DNA of 64,000 bases from Arcobacteraceae bacterium (GCA_965224485.1 CBDCZH010000001.1:45907-109906); one strand, 5' to 3'. Counted from the first letter of the stretch, positions 39,138 to 49,798 are shown. Notes: generated by a model not told the origin, from the letters alone. Made by a program: numbers and translations.

Positions 39138-39917
39138 TTAATCCTTCTTCTTTTTGTTGTTTCGTCCTGTTTTAATTAAATATATAAAAAATATTAAGAT
39201 TAGTAAGAGCATAATAGTTCCTATAATCTTTTCTAGTTGAAAAACATAGGTTTTACTCTTGGCATCATAAGCAAAACAGTAAAGTAATGCTTTTGCAATA
39301 GTTGGACCTGTATTTTCTTTATTTGCTTCTAATAAGGCTAGTTTTAAATCAAATGGCAAAAAATCAATACCATTTAAATACCTAGAAATTTTTCCCTTAG
39401 GAGAAATAACCATAATAACTCCAGGGTGCAAATAATCAACAACTCCATCTTTCATTCTTTTTTCATATTTATAACCTAAAGAATCAGAAAGTTCATCTAT
39501 AATTTTTTGATTCTTAGTACTTAGAAAACTCCAAGTTTGAGGAGGAAATGATTTTTTGATTGTTTTAAGTATTGATTCTTTTTTCTTCATAGCATCAAAA
39601 GGTGTATCTTGCGTTTCTATACTTACCGTTATTACTTTATAATCAGTATATGGTTTTAAATCTAGTTTATTTAATGTTGAAGCTAAGGCATAAAGCTGAG
39701 GTGAGCAAATACCAGGGCATTTAAAATAATTTAGTGTTAAAATTGTTGCTTTATTAGAAAAAGATTCTTTAAGAGATTTTTCTTGCTTATATTCATTTGT
39801 AAAAAGAAGTTCTAAATTTATTTTTTCACCTAAATGCTCATAAACACCTATTTGTTTATTCCCATATATAAGTGAAGTGAAAAACAGAAGAAAAATTAAA
39901 AGTTTTTTTACTAACAT
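39138..39917 (-). CDS. SCO-family copper chaperone
   Basis: YFKCPGIC (CxxxC), YLHP, C-terminal TM. Confidence 0.9.
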   Translation of the reverse strand: MLVKKLLIFLLFFTSLIYGNKQIGVYEHLGEKINLELLFTNEYKQEKSLKESFSNKATILTLNYFKCPGICSPQLYALASTLNKLDLKPYTDYKVITVSIETQDTPFDAMKKKESILKTIKKSFPPQTWSFLSTKNQKIIDELSDSLGYKYEKRMKDGVVDYLHPGVIMVISPKGKISRYLNGIDFLPFDLKLALLEANKENTGPTIAKALLYCFAYDAKSKTYVFQLEKIIGTIMLLLILIFFIYLIKTGRNNKKKKD

Positions 39918-40002
39918 ATGTACTCCTATTTACTGTTACTTTAAAATTATTATAAAAATAATAACATAAGTTATTAAAGTAAACATAGGAATTAAAAATT
40001 AG

Positions 40003-41301
40003 TTAATTTATTAATAATTCTTTAAATTTTCTAAAACCAAAACTTTTAATAGTTAAAAAGAAAAGAATAAAACCACTTAAAGAAGAAGCTAAAGCAAGAC
40101 CAGCAGCCCCATAAGGTTTAATTAAAATAAGAGAAAAAACTATATTAAAACTCAAAGAAATTATAGATATCTTAGCTGCTAAAAACTGTTTTTCGTGAGA
40201 ATATAACCAAAGTGAAAAAATCTTAGCAATACCATAAGGAATAAGACCTAATAAATACATAGCTAAAATCAAGGCAGTACTTAATGTATCTTTTTGCAAA
40301 AAAGCACCTCTTTGAAATAATAGTTCAATAATAAACTCATTAAAAACAATACCTATAAATGTTGAAATAAGTAAAAAACTTGTAAGAATAAAAGTAGATT
40401 TCTTCATAAGTCTCAAGGCTTTTTTTTCATCTTTATTTTTTATACATCTTGCTACCATTGGAAATAAAGCCACTGTTGTTGCAATAGCAAATAAGGCAAG
40501 AGGTAATTGGAAAACTCTATTTGCATAATATATATAAGAAATACTTCCTGTTGCTAAAAAAGAAGCTAACCAAGTATCTAAAAAAGCTGATATATTTGCA
40601 GTTGAACTACCTAAGGAAGCTGCTGCAAAGTTTTTATAAAATTTATTATTTGTAAAATCCATCTTTTTAAAAGTAAATATTTTTAATAAGTTTTTATTCT
40701 TCATAGCAATAATATGTACTAAAACTTGTAAAACACCACCTATAATTACAGCATAAGACATATAATAAGTAATAGTATATGCGTTCATATCTTTAGAGAT
40801 TAATAGGGCTGTTATTAAAGAAAGATTTAATAAGGCAGTTGAAAAAGATGTTGTTGCAAAGTGATTTTTATATTGAAGTAGGGCAGCTATGAAAGTAACT
40901 ATAAAAATCAAAGGTAAATAATAAAAATTTATAGCAACTAAAGGTGCTGCTAAAGCTATAGTGTCTTTATCAAAACCAAGAGCAATTATATGAGTAATAA
41001 AAGTAGATAATAAAGTAACTACAAGTGAAATAATCATAATAAAAACAATAAATTGTAAGAATATAGCGCTTGAAAATCTTATTTTATGTGTAGTTTTTGC
41101 ATAAGCTGGTATAAAAGCTTGAGTAAAAGCACCTTCTGCAAAAATTCTTCTAAAAAGATTTGGTAATTTAAAAGCTACAAAGAAAATATCAGAATATATA
41201 TTAGCTCCTAAAATTGAAGCTGTTAGCAAATCTCTTATAAAACCTAAGACTCTTGAAAATAAAATACCAGAACTGTTTGTAAAAATTGATTTAATTAACA
41301 T
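40003..41301 (-). CDS. murJ: Lipid II flippase
   Basis: SRVLGFIRD, AFKLPNLFRRIFAEGAF, RVFQLP. Confidence 0.95.
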   Translation of the reverse strand: MLIKSIFTNSSGILFSRVLGFIRDLLTASILGANIYSDIFFVAFKLPNLFRRIFAEGAFTQAFIPAYAKTTHKIRFSSAIFLQFIVFIMIISLVVTLLSTFITHIIALGFDKDTIALAAPLVAINFYYLPLIFIVTFIAALLQYKNHFATTSFSTALLNLSLITALLISKDMNAYTITYYMSYAVIIGGVLQVLVHIIAMKNKNLLKIFTFKKMDFTNNKFYKNFAAASLGSSTANISAFLDTWLASFLATGSISYIYYANRVFQLPLALFAIATTVALFPMVARCIKNKDEKKALRLMKKSTFILTSFLLISTFIGIVFNEFIIELLFQRGAFLQKDTLSTALILAMYLLGLIPYGIAKIFSLWLYSHEKQFLAAKISIISLSFNIVFSLILIKPYGAAGLALASSLSGFILFFLTIKSFGFRKFKELLIN

Positions 41302-42829
41302 TTATATCGCTTTTTTTATGAATTGTTATTTGCATTTTATCTTTATAAAAAGACAAATGAGCATTTATTATATTTACTTTTTGCCCATTTTTTGGTAAAA
41401 AACTCTTATTTCTTGAATAAACTCTTATTTTTCCATCTTTGAAGTAAAAATAATTATTTTTATATAAGGCTTTTTTATTAGTAATTATCTCATTTATATA
41501 TTTTTTATTAAAAATATTTATATTCTTAGCATCTAAATATAGGTTTTTATATTTTTTATTAAAAGAATATTGTTTTATAACTTTTAGTTTTAATACTTCT
41601 TTTAAACCATTAAATTCAGCAATTTTCATAAGCTGTAAATCATAAGAAAAACCAAGCTTAAGATTATTTATATCTTTATACACAACAATAGCTCTATCTT
41701 TATACTTTTTTAAAATAACCAGGTTTTCACTTTTATATATTACACTTATATTTTTTAAGTTTATAGGATAGTTATAAGTGTTTTGTACATATATCTCTCT
41801 TATATTGTTTATTTTATTTGTGTCTTTAATATATTCTTTACTTGAAAAACGTGCAATTATAGGTAAGTGATCTGAATATCCCTTTGCTTGATGTACTTTG
41901 TTCTTCATTTTCCATCTATTTATTTTTCTTTTTTTTATTAGATAATTTGGAGTAAAAACTTTAAAAGAGTTATTTATATAAGAAATATTTTTATTATCAA
42001 ATAAAGAAGGAGCTAGTAAGATATTATCAGGGCTAGAGTTTCTTCCTCTATAAATATAAGAAAATCTGTTTTTATATAATAAATCTAACCATAAATTATA
42101 ATGAACTCTTTTTTTATAATCTAAGATAGAGTTTTTATTTACTAAAGTATTATTATAAGATGTATATATTACATCATTAATTGCAGTTAAATTTGAAGTA
42201 TTGTTTAGCTTTTTATCATATAAAAAAGTTTCATTTTCATTATAGTTTGAATTAAAATCCCCTATAAGTACATAATCTATATCTTTTTGTATTTTTTTAA
42301 TATGTTTATATAAAACAAGAGCATATTTAACTCTTATACTTTCTTTATTTCTTTTAGAAGGCCAGTGATTATTAAATACTATAAATTTTTTATTAAAAAT
42401 CAAAACTGTGCTTTTAACTATTGCTCTATTAAATCTAGCATCTTTAATATTTAGAATTTCATTTTTTAGAATTTTATATTTTGAGAAAATACTTAATCCA
42501 ATAGCTTGTTTTTTACTCTTATAAAAGTAGGAGTATTTATATTTTTTTAATCGTTTAAATAAGTCATTTGAGGCTTGTTGTGATTCGATTTCTTGTAAAA
42601 GTATAATATCAGCATCCAAATCAATTATAGTTTTAGATATATTTTTAAGTTTTGCCTGATAGCTTTTATAATTCCACTTAGATTTTGTATTTGGAATATA
42701 CTCTTTATATTCACTTCTATCATGCTTTAAATCAAATAAATTTTCTACATTATAAGAAGCCAGAGTAAATTCTTGTGCAAAAGAAGATATAGTAAAAAAA
42801 AATAGTAATAAAATATATTTTAAAATCAT
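41291..42829 (-). CDS. Exported endonuclease/exonuclease/phosphatase-family nuclease
   Basis: Signal peptide; SYNVENLFD, LQEIE, NHWPS, GDFN, SDHLPI. Confidence 0.85.
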   Translation of the reverse strand: MILKYILLLFFFTISSFAQEFTLASYNVENLFDLKHDRSEYKEYIPNTKSKWNYKSYQAKLKNISKTIIDLDADIILLQEIESQQASNDLFKRLKKYKYSYFYKSKKQAIGLSIFSKYKILKNEILNIKDARFNRAIVKSTVLIFNKKFIVFNNHWPSKRNKESIRVKYALVLYKHIKKIQKDIDYVLIGDFNSNYNENETFLYDKKLNNTSNLTAINDVIYTSYNNTLVNKNSILDYKKRVHYNLWLDLLYKNRFSYIYRGRNSSPDNILLAPSLFDNKNISYINNSFKVFTPNYLIKKRKINRWKMKNKVHQAKGYSDHLPIIARFSSKEYIKDTNKINNIREIYVQNTYNYPINLKNISVIYKSENLVILKKYKDRAIVVYKDINNLKLGFSYDLQLMKIAEFNGLKEVLKLKVIKQYSFNKKYKNLYLDAKNINIFNKKYINEIITNKKALYKNNYFYFKDGKIRVYSRNKSFLPKNGQKVNIINAHLSFYKDKMQITIHKKSDINVN

Positions 42830-42886
42830 ATGTCATTTTAGCAAATTATGGTTTGTTTAAGTATAAGAAAATCTAAGATAGTTTAA

Positions 42887-42912
42887 AAGCTGTATGATTT
42901 CTCATACAGCTT
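42887..42912 (-). terminator. Terminator of the rubrerythrin gene
   Basis: AAGCTGTATGA-TTTC-TCATACAGCTT, followed by T residues on the minus strand. Confidence 0.7.
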
Positions 42913-42916
42913 ATTT

Positions 42917-43570
42917 TTATTTTTTAGAATTAAGTCTTGATTGATATTCTTGAGGGTGTTTACAAACTGGGCATACTTTAGGTGCTTTCTTTCCTCTGTG
43001 AATATGACCACAGACTTCACATAACCACTCTTCATCTTCATCTTCACTTATATGTTCCGCTCCATCTTCTAAGCGTTTTAATAACATTCTATACATGTTT
43101 TCATGTTCAATTTCTATTTTTCCAATTGCTGTTAAAATTCTAGCTTCTTCTTTATGTCCTTCTTCTTTAGCAATTGCAGCAAAATCTGGGTACATAGTAA
43201 TATTTTCATATGATTCCCCTTCTATAGCATAGATAAGATTTTCTCTAGTATCTCCAAACTCTTTACCTATAGTCATTTTATTATAAAATTTTAATTCTAG
43301 TTTAGCATGCATTCTTTCATTTGTGGCAGCTCGTAAAAAATGTTCAGCTATATCTCTAAAACCTTCTTTTTGTGCAATTTTTGCAAAATACTCATACTTG
43401 TTTCTAGCCATTGATTCACCAGCAAAAGCTTTCATCAAATTTACTTGTGTCAAATCTTTAGTAGTCATTTGCATAACTTGTCCACAGCATTGAAGCTCTC
43501 CACCACCAACATTTTGTACTTCTACTACATTCCCACATTTTTCACATGTATACGATTCATATAATCTCAT
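42917..43570 (-). CDS. rrc: Desulforubrerythrin (desulforedoxin + rubrerythrin + rubredoxin domains)
   Basis: CEKCG..CCG; AFAGES, NERMH, EIEHE; CEVCG..CPVC. Confidence 0.88.
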   Translation of the reverse strand: MRLYESYTCEKCGNVVEVQNVGGGELQCCGQVMQMTTKDLTQVNLMKAFAGESMARNKYEYFAKIAQKEGFRDIAEHFLRAATNERMHAKLELKFYNKMTIGKEFGDTRENLIYAIEGESYENITMYPDFAAIAKEEGHKEEARILTAIGKIEIEHENMYRMLLKRLEDGAEHISEDEDEEWLCEVCGHIHRGKKAPKVCPVCKHPQEYQSRLNSKK

Positions 43571-43601
43571 TTTCTTTTCCTTTGTATAATTTTTATTAAA
43601 A

Positions 43602-43657
43602 GATAATCTTTTTCCTTTGTAATTATATTCATTATTTCTTAAAGGAAAATTATTATC
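43602..43657. promoter_or_regulatory. Candidate PerR/Fur operator pair
   Basis: GATAATCTTTTTCCTTT (43602-43618) and inverted AAAGGAAAATTATTATC (43641-43657), 15/17 match, between divergent rrc and perR. Confidence 0.5.
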
Positions 43658-43788
43658 TATTGATAATATGTTTTTTTAACTAACAAAGTCAATAAATTTT
43701 GTAAACTTGTCTTAATTATTGTACTTTATAATATATTTTAAATAAATTATCAAGTATTATTATAGCATTTAAAAAAAAGGAGGCAATT

Positions 43789-44190
43789 ATGAATTATGCC
43801 CATTTATTAAAAGAGTATAATTTAAAAGTTACACCTCAAAGATTAGCAATAGTAGAAGAGCTATATTACAAAGGTCATATGAATATAGATGATTTATATA
43901 AAACTTTATTAATAAAGTTTCCATCTATCTCTTTAGCAACAATATATAAAAATATTAACTCTATGTTAGAAAAAATTTTTTTAAATGAAGTTAAAATACC
44001 AAATAAAAAATCAGTTTATGAATTGAAAAAAGATGAACATTCTCATGTTATTTGTAAATCATGTAATAGTATAATTGATGTTACTTTAGATACTTCAACG
44101 CTTTCAGCTAAAGCAAGCGAGCTTACAAGTTATACTTTAGATCAAAGTTCAGTGATATTTTCAGGTCTTTGTTCTTCTTGTTCTAAATAA
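43789..44190 (+). CDS. perR: Fur-family peroxide regulator
   Basis: LKVTPQRLAI, SISLATIYKN, HSHVICKSC..CSSC; divergent from rubrerythrin. Confidence 0.85.
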   Translation: MNYAHLLKEYNLKVTPQRLAIVEELYYKGHMNIDDLYKTLLIKFPSISLATIYKNINSMLEKIFLNEVKIPNKKSVYELKKDEHSHVICKSCNSIIDVTLDTSTLSAKASELTSYTLDQSSVIFSGLCSSCSK

Positions 44191-44211
44191 TCATTTGATT
44201 ATTTAGAACAA
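44178..44211. terminator. Hairpin between convergent genes
   Basis: TTGTTCTAAATAATCA-TT-TGATTATTTAGAACAA, perfect 16-bp inverted repeat. Confidence 0.6.
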
Positions 44212-44245
44212 TTCTTTAACCATAATTTTAAGTATTTATATACCC

Positions 44246-45163
44246 TTATAAGGCATTTTGAAAAAATAGTGCTAAAACAACTAATAAAACAATTCCTGCA
44301 CTTTTATTATAAAGTTTATTAGCTGTTATAAAAACAAGCATTAGTGATAAAACAAAAGCTGTTGCAATATCAAAGAAATTTGCCGATAAATCTACATTTA
44401 AAGGGTTAACAAGAGAACTAAGCCCTAAAACCATAGTGAAGTTTGCAACATTTGATCCAATAATATTTCCTATTGCCAAATCAGAGTTATTACTAAGAGC
44501 TGCTTTAATAGAAATAGTAAGTTCAGGTAAAGATGTTCCAAATGCTACTAAAAATAGTCCAATTAACCATTCACTAATTCCAAAGTCTCTTGCTATATTT
44601 TCAGCACTTTGTATTGCAAAATCTGCACCTACAATAGTGAAAATAAAACCAACTAGTAATAACAATGCAGTTTTCTTCCACGCAAATTTATCTTTATCAT
44701 CTTCTTCATCATTCTGTTCAACTTGATCAGAAGAGATTAAAAATATCAAATAAGCAAGCATTAAAACTAAGAATAAAAAACCATCAAAAGCTGAAAGTTC
44801 CCCATCAATAGACATTATTATAAAAATAAGAATTGGAAATAAAGACCAGGCTGAATCTTTAGCAAAAAGATCTCTTTTAGGAATTATTTTTTTAGAAATT
44901 ATAAATACAACTGCTAAAACTAAAGAAATATTAAAAATTGTACTTCCTATTACATTAGCAACAGCAATATCTCCACTTCCTTGTAATGAAGCAGATATTG
45001 ATACAGCCATTTCTGGTAATGAAGTTCCAAGGGCTACTAAAGTAGCTCCTATTACAAAAGGTGAAATTTTATAATGAAGTGCAATTTTTTCACTTTGATT
45101 AATTATAAAATCAGCACCAAAAACAAGTGCAGCCATTGAAACTATGAAAATTAATAAATCCAT
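44246..45163 (-). CDS. Calcium/sodium antiporter (YrbG-like)
   Basis: Two alpha repeats, GTSLPE..NVIGS and GTSLPE..GNIIGSN. Confidence 0.92.
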   Translation of the reverse strand: MDLLIFIVSMAALVFGADFIINQSEKIALHYKISPFVIGATLVALGTSLPEMAVSISASLQGSGDIAVANVIGSTIFNISLVLAVVFIISKKIIPKRDLFAKDSAWSLFPILIFIIMSIDGELSAFDGFLFLVLMLAYLIFLISSDQVEQNDEEDDKDKFAWKKTALLLLVGFIFTIVGADFAIQSAENIARDFGISEWLIGLFLVAFGTSLPELTISIKAALSNNSDLAIGNIIGSNVANFTMVLGLSSLVNPLNVDLSANFFDIATAFVLSLMLVFITANKLYNKSAGIVLLVVLALFFQNAL

Positions 45164-45164
45164 T

Positions 45165-45584
45165 TTATGTATTCCTTATTATTAAACTATTTGGCAAGTT
45201 AAACTTTTTTATTAACTCTTCTTCTTTACTTCTATGCTCACCTGTATCTATTTCATGGTCATATTTTAATAAATGCAATAAACCATGAATAAAAAGTAAA
45301 CTTAGCTCTTCTTGTTTTGTATGTTTATACTCTTTTGCTTTTTGTTCTACAAATTCGTATGAAATAACTATAGAACCTAAAGGCATAGTAGGTAAGTCGA
45401 AATCTAGAGGAAATGATAAAACGTCAGTAGGAGAATTTTTTGCTCTATGCTCTTTATTTAAACCTTGAATTTCTTCATTTTTAGTGATAATTAATTCAAG
45501 GTCTTTAGGGCTTAAAGACTTAAGTATATCTTCTAAGAGCGTAATATCTAAATCAAAACCATATTCATTATCTAAGTCAATCAA
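45165..45584 (-). CDS. ybeY: rRNA maturation endoribonuclease
   Basis: PTDVLSFP, HGLLHLLKYDH. Confidence 0.95.
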   Translation of the reverse strand: MIDLDNEYGFDLDITLLEDILKSLSPKDLELIITKNEEIQGLNKEHRAKNSPTDVLSFPLDFDLPTMPLGSIVISYEFVEQKAKEYKHTKQEELSLLFIHGLLHLLKYDHEIDTGEHRSKEEELIKKFNLPNSLIIRNT

Positions 45585-45653
45585 GTTTATTTGCCTTTAT
45601 TTTTGCGAATAATACCCAATAATACCCAATTAACTTATAAAAATAAAGACTAG

Positions 45654-47003
45654 TTAGAAGAGTTCAATCATTTTTGAAACTTCATCAACAACAAAAGTTT
45701 TGATTTTTAGTTTTATATTTGGTTTTTGTGCAATGATTGCCTTAGTTAAACCTTGTGCTTGTATCTCTTTTAGTCTTATATCCATAGAAAAAACATCTTT
45801 GATTTCACCAGTTAAAGAAACTTCGCCTATAAAAGCGGACTCTTTAGATATTGGTCTATCTCTAAAAGATGAAATAATAGCTGCAATTACTGCTAAATCA
45901 ACAGAAGACTCTTTTATTTTAATTCCACCACTTATATTTATAAAAACATCATAGTTATTTAAAGGAAGGTCTAGTTTCTTCTCTAAAAGTGCTAAAAGCA
46001 TGTTTAATCTATTTAAATCAAATCCAGTTGTACTTCTTTTAGGGTTTGGGTACGTACTTTCACTAACTAAGGCTTGAACTTCTAAAATAATAGCTCGTGT
46101 TCCTTCAATAGCAACAGTTAAAGCAGAACCAGCCTGTGCTTTACTTTTGTCAAAAAACTTTGAAGCTATATCTTTAGCACTAACTAATCCTTCATTCGTC
46201 ATCTCAAAAATACCTATTTCAGATGTTGCTCCAAATCTATTTTTAAAAGCTCTTAACATTCTAATCTCTTTATTAGACTCACCTTCAAAATATAAAACAA
46301 CATCAACCATATGTTCTAGTACTCTAGGACCCGCAATTGAACCATCTTTTGTAATATGGCCTATTATAAACATAGCAATATTAGACTCTTTTGCTTTTCT
46401 CATAAGTTCAAAAGTTATCTCTCTTACTTGTGAGACTGAACCAGGTGAGCTTGTTAGGTTTGAGGAGTATATGGTTTGAATTGAATCAATAATTACTACT
46501 TCATAATTTTGTCTTAAAAGTTCATCTTGAATTTCTTCTAATTTTATCTCTGAGAGTAAAAAAAGATTAGCACTATTTGAATCTAATCTATTTGATCTTA
46601 GTTTTATCTGCCCCGCACTCTCTTCTCCTGAAACATATAATATTTTTTTACCAGCTTTTGCAATATTTCCTGCAATTTTAAGTAAAAGTGTTGATTTTCC
46701 AACTCCAGGACTCCCTCCTATTAGTGTTAAACTACCAGGAACAATTCCTCCTCCTAAAACTAAATCAAACTCTTCATTATTACTTGAGAATCTTTGCACA
46801 TCATCTTGTTTAACTTCAGTTATTGGTTTTGCTTTACTAGAACTTGAGCTTACTTTAGAAGTTTGTTTTAAAACTTCTTGTTGATCTTGATTTAATTCCA
46901 TAAATGAATCCCAAGAACCACAAGATGGACATTTTCCTAACCATTTTGCTGTTTGTTCTCCACATCCTTGACATTCAAATAGAGATGTTTTTTTCTTAGC
47001 CAT
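45654..47003 (-). CDS. radA: DNA repair protein RadA/Sms
   Basis: C4 zinc finger, GSPGVGKS, KNRFG. Confidence 0.97.
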   Translation of the reverse strand: MAKKKTSLFECQGCGEQTAKWLGKCPSCGSWDSFMELNQDQQEVLKQTSKVSSSSSKAKPITEVKQDDVQRFSSNNEEFDLVLGGGIVPGSLTLIGGSPGVGKSTLLLKIAGNIAKAGKKILYVSGEESAGQIKLRSNRLDSNSANLFLLSEIKLEEIQDELLRQNYEVVIIDSIQTIYSSNLTSSPGSVSQVREITFELMRKAKESNIAMFIIGHITKDGSIAGPRVLEHMVDVVLYFEGESNKEIRMLRAFKNRFGATSEIGIFEMTNEGLVSAKDIASKFFDKSKAQAGSALTVAIEGTRAIILEVQALVSESTYPNPKRSTTGFDLNRLNMLLALLEKKLDLPLNNYDVFINISGGIKIKESSVDLAVIAAIISSFRDRPISKESAFIGEVSLTGEIKDVFSMDIRLKEIQAQGLTKAIIAQKPNIKLKIKTFVVDEVSKMIELF

Positions 47004-47104
47004 TATAAACCTTTTATATTATTACTGTAATAATACAAGAACTTTTAAAAAAAAAGTAAAAATATTTCATTTTGTAAGAAATTTTTTTATTATTAGGATT
47101 TATT

Positions 47105-47662
47105 ATGATTATTTATATTCATGGTTTTGCATCTTCTGGACTGGGAGGAAAAGCAAAACTTTTCAAAGAAGAGTTTAAAGATGAAATTATTTTGCCTTCA
47201 TTATCTTATGTTCCTAGTTTAGCTATTAATACTTTAGAGCAATTAATAGAGTCTTTTTTAAATTTAGATGAAAAAGTAAGTTTAATTGGCTCTTCTTTAG
47301 GAGGTTTCTATTGTCTTTATTTAGCAAGTAAGTATAATCTAAAAGCAGTTTTAATTAACCCTGCTATAAAACCTTATAAAACACTAGATAAAATTGGTTT
47401 ACAAACAAATTATTTTGATTTTAGTTCATTTGAAGTAAAAGAAGAGCACATGATTTTTTTAAAAACTATAAAAGTGAACATAAAAAATAGTATTAAAGAA
47501 GAAAACTTTTTACTCTTAGTGCAAAAAGCTGATGAAGTTTTAGATTATAAAGAAGCTCTAGATTTTTTACCAAAAGCTACTTTATTTTTAGAAGATGGTG
47601 GAAATCATAGTTTTAAAAATATTAAAAGCCACTTTTTAAACATAAAAAACTTTTTACAATAG
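47105..47662 (+). CDS. YqiA/YcfP-family esterase
   Basis: YIHGFASS, GSSLGG, DEVLD, GGNHSF. Confidence 0.9.
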   Translation: MIIYIHGFASSGLGGKAKLFKEEFKDEIILPSLSYVPSLAINTLEQLIESFLNLDEKVSLIGSSLGGFYCLYLASKYNLKAVLINPAIKPYKTLDKIGLQTNYFDFSSFEVKEEHMIFLKTIKVNIKNSIKEENFLLLVQKADEVLDYKEALDFLPKATLFLEDGGNHSFKNIKSHFLNIKNFLQ

Positions 47663-47693
47663 TTTTTTATGCTTAATATTTTTTGTATCTTTA

Positions 47694-48647
47694 TTATTTT
47701 AAATAAATTCCATCTAATAAGGTATCAACAAATTTATCAGGAGAAAACTCAATTAAGTCTTCTTTCTTTTCTCCAATACCTATATAAAAAATAGGAAGTT
47801 CTAATTGATTTGAAATAGAAAATAAAGCTCCACCTTTAGCAGTTCCATCAAGTTTAGTAACAATAATACCATCAACTTTTACCATCTCATGAAAAGCTCT
47901 AGCTTGAGCAATTGCAGAGTTTCCTTGTGTTCCATCTAAAATAAGTAGTTTCTGATGAGGAGCATTTTCATAAGCTTTTGAACATACTTTTACTATTTTT
48001 ACTAATTCGTTATTTAAATTTGTTTGTGTTTGTAATCTTCCTGCTGTATCAATAATAACATTATCAATATCTCTTGCTAGGGCTGAAGAGATTGTATCAT
48101 AGGCAACAGCAGAAGAGTCATGTCCTTGTTTAGTTTTAATAATAGGAACATTTAACTTGTCTGCCCATATACTTAACTGCTCAATAGCAGCAGCTCTAAA
48201 TGTATCACCAGCCCCTAAAATAACGCTTTTATTTTTCTTTTTATACATGTGAGCTAATTTTGCTATTGTTGTAGTTTTTCCAGCTCCATTAACTCCAATG
48301 ATTAGTTGAACAAAAGGTTTAGGTAAATTATTCATATTTACATCAGGTGCATGCTCAAAAAGCATAACTAACCTATGTCTTAAATCTTTTCGCTCAATTA
48401 AAGGAGGTAATCCATCCATTGCTTTTTCAATAATTTCATACTCAATATCAGCTTCTATTAAAATTTCTTCAATATCATCAAAAGGAATTTTTTCTTTTCC
48501 TTTAGGAATAATACTTGAAACATTTTCTAAAGTTTTTTCCAAAGCTTTTGAGAAAAAATTTTGCTCTTTTTGCTCTATTTCTTCTACTTTTAATACTTCT
48601 TCTTGTACTTCTTGTACTTTTTCTTTTTTACTAAATATATTAAACAC
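47694..48647 (-). CDS. ftsY: SRP receptor
   Basis: GVNGAGKTTT, DTFRAAA, DTAGR, TKLDGTAKGG. Confidence 0.97.
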   Translation of the reverse strand: MFNIFSKKEKVQEVQEEVLKVEEIEQKEQNFFSKALEKTLENVSSIIPKGKEKIPFDDIEEILIEADIEYEIIEKAMDGLPPLIERKDLRHRLVMLFEHAPDVNMNNLPKPFVQLIIGVNGAGKTTTIAKLAHMYKKKNKSVILGAGDTFRAAAIEQLSIWADKLNVPIIKTKQGHDSSAVAYDTISSALARDIDNVIIDTAGRLQTQTNLNNELVKIVKVCSKAYENAPHQKLLILDGTQGNSAIAQARAFHEMVKVDGIIVTKLDGTAKGGALFSISNQLELPIFYIGIGEKKEDLIEFSPDKFVDTLLDGIYLK

Positions 48648-49183
48648 TATTTAAGAGCCTTTTTTATGTCTATTTCCATCATTTCTTGAGGAATTATTCC
48701 GACATATTTTTCTATTAATTTTCCATTTTTATTATACATAAACATTGTTGGAATTGATTTAATTCCTCCAAGTACTTTAGCTAGAATATAATTCTCATTC
48801 GAATTTGTAATAGGGTATTTTATATTATATTTCTTTATAAAATCTTTTAAATCTTGCGAAGTTTTCCCTTTTTCTAGTAAAATAGCAATAATTTCAAAAT
48901 TATTTTTATATTTTTCTCTTAAATTATTTAAGTGTGGAATTTCGGCTTTACAAGGTTTACACCAGCTTGTAAAAAAATACACTAAAACTACTTTTTGTTT
49001 GAACTCTTCAAAGACTAAACCATCATCAATGACCTTAATATGTAGGGTTTGTGCTTTTGTTGTTGTTAATCGATATGTTTTTGCATCTTCTTGTTTTTTT
49101 TCTTCTTCACCGTCTTTTTGATTACATCCACTAAAGAGTAAAAGGGACAAGATTGTGAAAAATGCGATTTGTTTAAACTGCAT
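48647..49183 (-). CDS. TlpA-family thioredoxin-like lipoprotein
   Basis: Lipobox FSGC; WCKPC; IPT. Confidence 0.88.
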   Translation of the reverse strand: MQFKQIAFFTILSLLLFSGCNQKDGEEEKKQEDAKTYRLTTTKAQTLHIKVIDDGLVFEEFKQKVVLVYFFTSWCKPCKAEIPHLNNLREKYKNNFEIIAILLEKGKTSQDLKDFIKKYNIKYPITNSNENYILAKVLGGIKSIPTMFMYNKNGKLIEKYVGIIPQEMMEIDIKKALK

Positions 49184-49245
49184 TTTAATTCCTTAAAGGT
49201 AAAATAATTTATTGGATATGGATTTTATCCAAGTAAGGCTTAAAT

Positions 49246-49782
49246 ATGTTAGAAAATCGTAAGCGTGAATTTAGAACTTCATGCATGAAAAGATTAAAAT
49301 TTGAAAGCCGTTTTTCAAAAGTAAAAAATGATAAAAAAATAGTAAACAATTTATATAAACTAATATTAAAATTAAAAGTAAGAAAGGTTTTGCTTTATGT
49401 TCCACTTTCTTTAGAAGTGGATGTTAACCCATTAATAAATAAACTAAGAAGAATCAAAAACATTGATGTTTATGTTCCTTTTATGTTTGAAGATAGTTTT
49501 AAAATAGTTAAATATAGATTGCCATTAAAAAGAAAAAAATTTGGTATATATGAGCCTAACAACTCTTTTTTTAAAGGAAAAATTGATTTAGCAATCGTAC
49601 CTATTGTGGGCCTTGATGTTTTAAATAAACGAATAGGTTTTGGTAAAGGAATGTATGATCGGTTTTTTCATAGATTAAAATATAAACCTATTACTGTTTT
49701 TACTCAAAGAAAACTTTGTAAAACTTCTGAAATTTTAAGTAATCATTACGATATTGAAGCTGATTATATTATTACAAAATAA
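49246..49782 (+). CDS. 5-formyltetrahydrofolate cyclo-ligase
   Basis: FGIYEP, AIVP, RIGFGKGMYDR. Confidence 0.92.
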   Translation: MLENRKREFRTSCMKRLKFESRFSKVKNDKKIVNNLYKLILKLKVRKVLLYVPLSLEVDVNPLINKLRRIKNIDVYVPFMFEDSFKIVKYRLPLKRKKFGIYEPNNSFFKGKIDLAIVPIVGLDVLNKRIGFGKGMYDRFFHRLKYKPITVFTQRKLCKTSEILSNHYDIEADYIITK

Positions 49783-49798
49783 ATATTAAGGTTTAAAT

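Noticed and set aside
49184..49245. 6S RNA upstream of the 5-formyl-THF cyclo-ligase gene
   Set aside because: Only 62 bp of divergent intergenic sequence, too short
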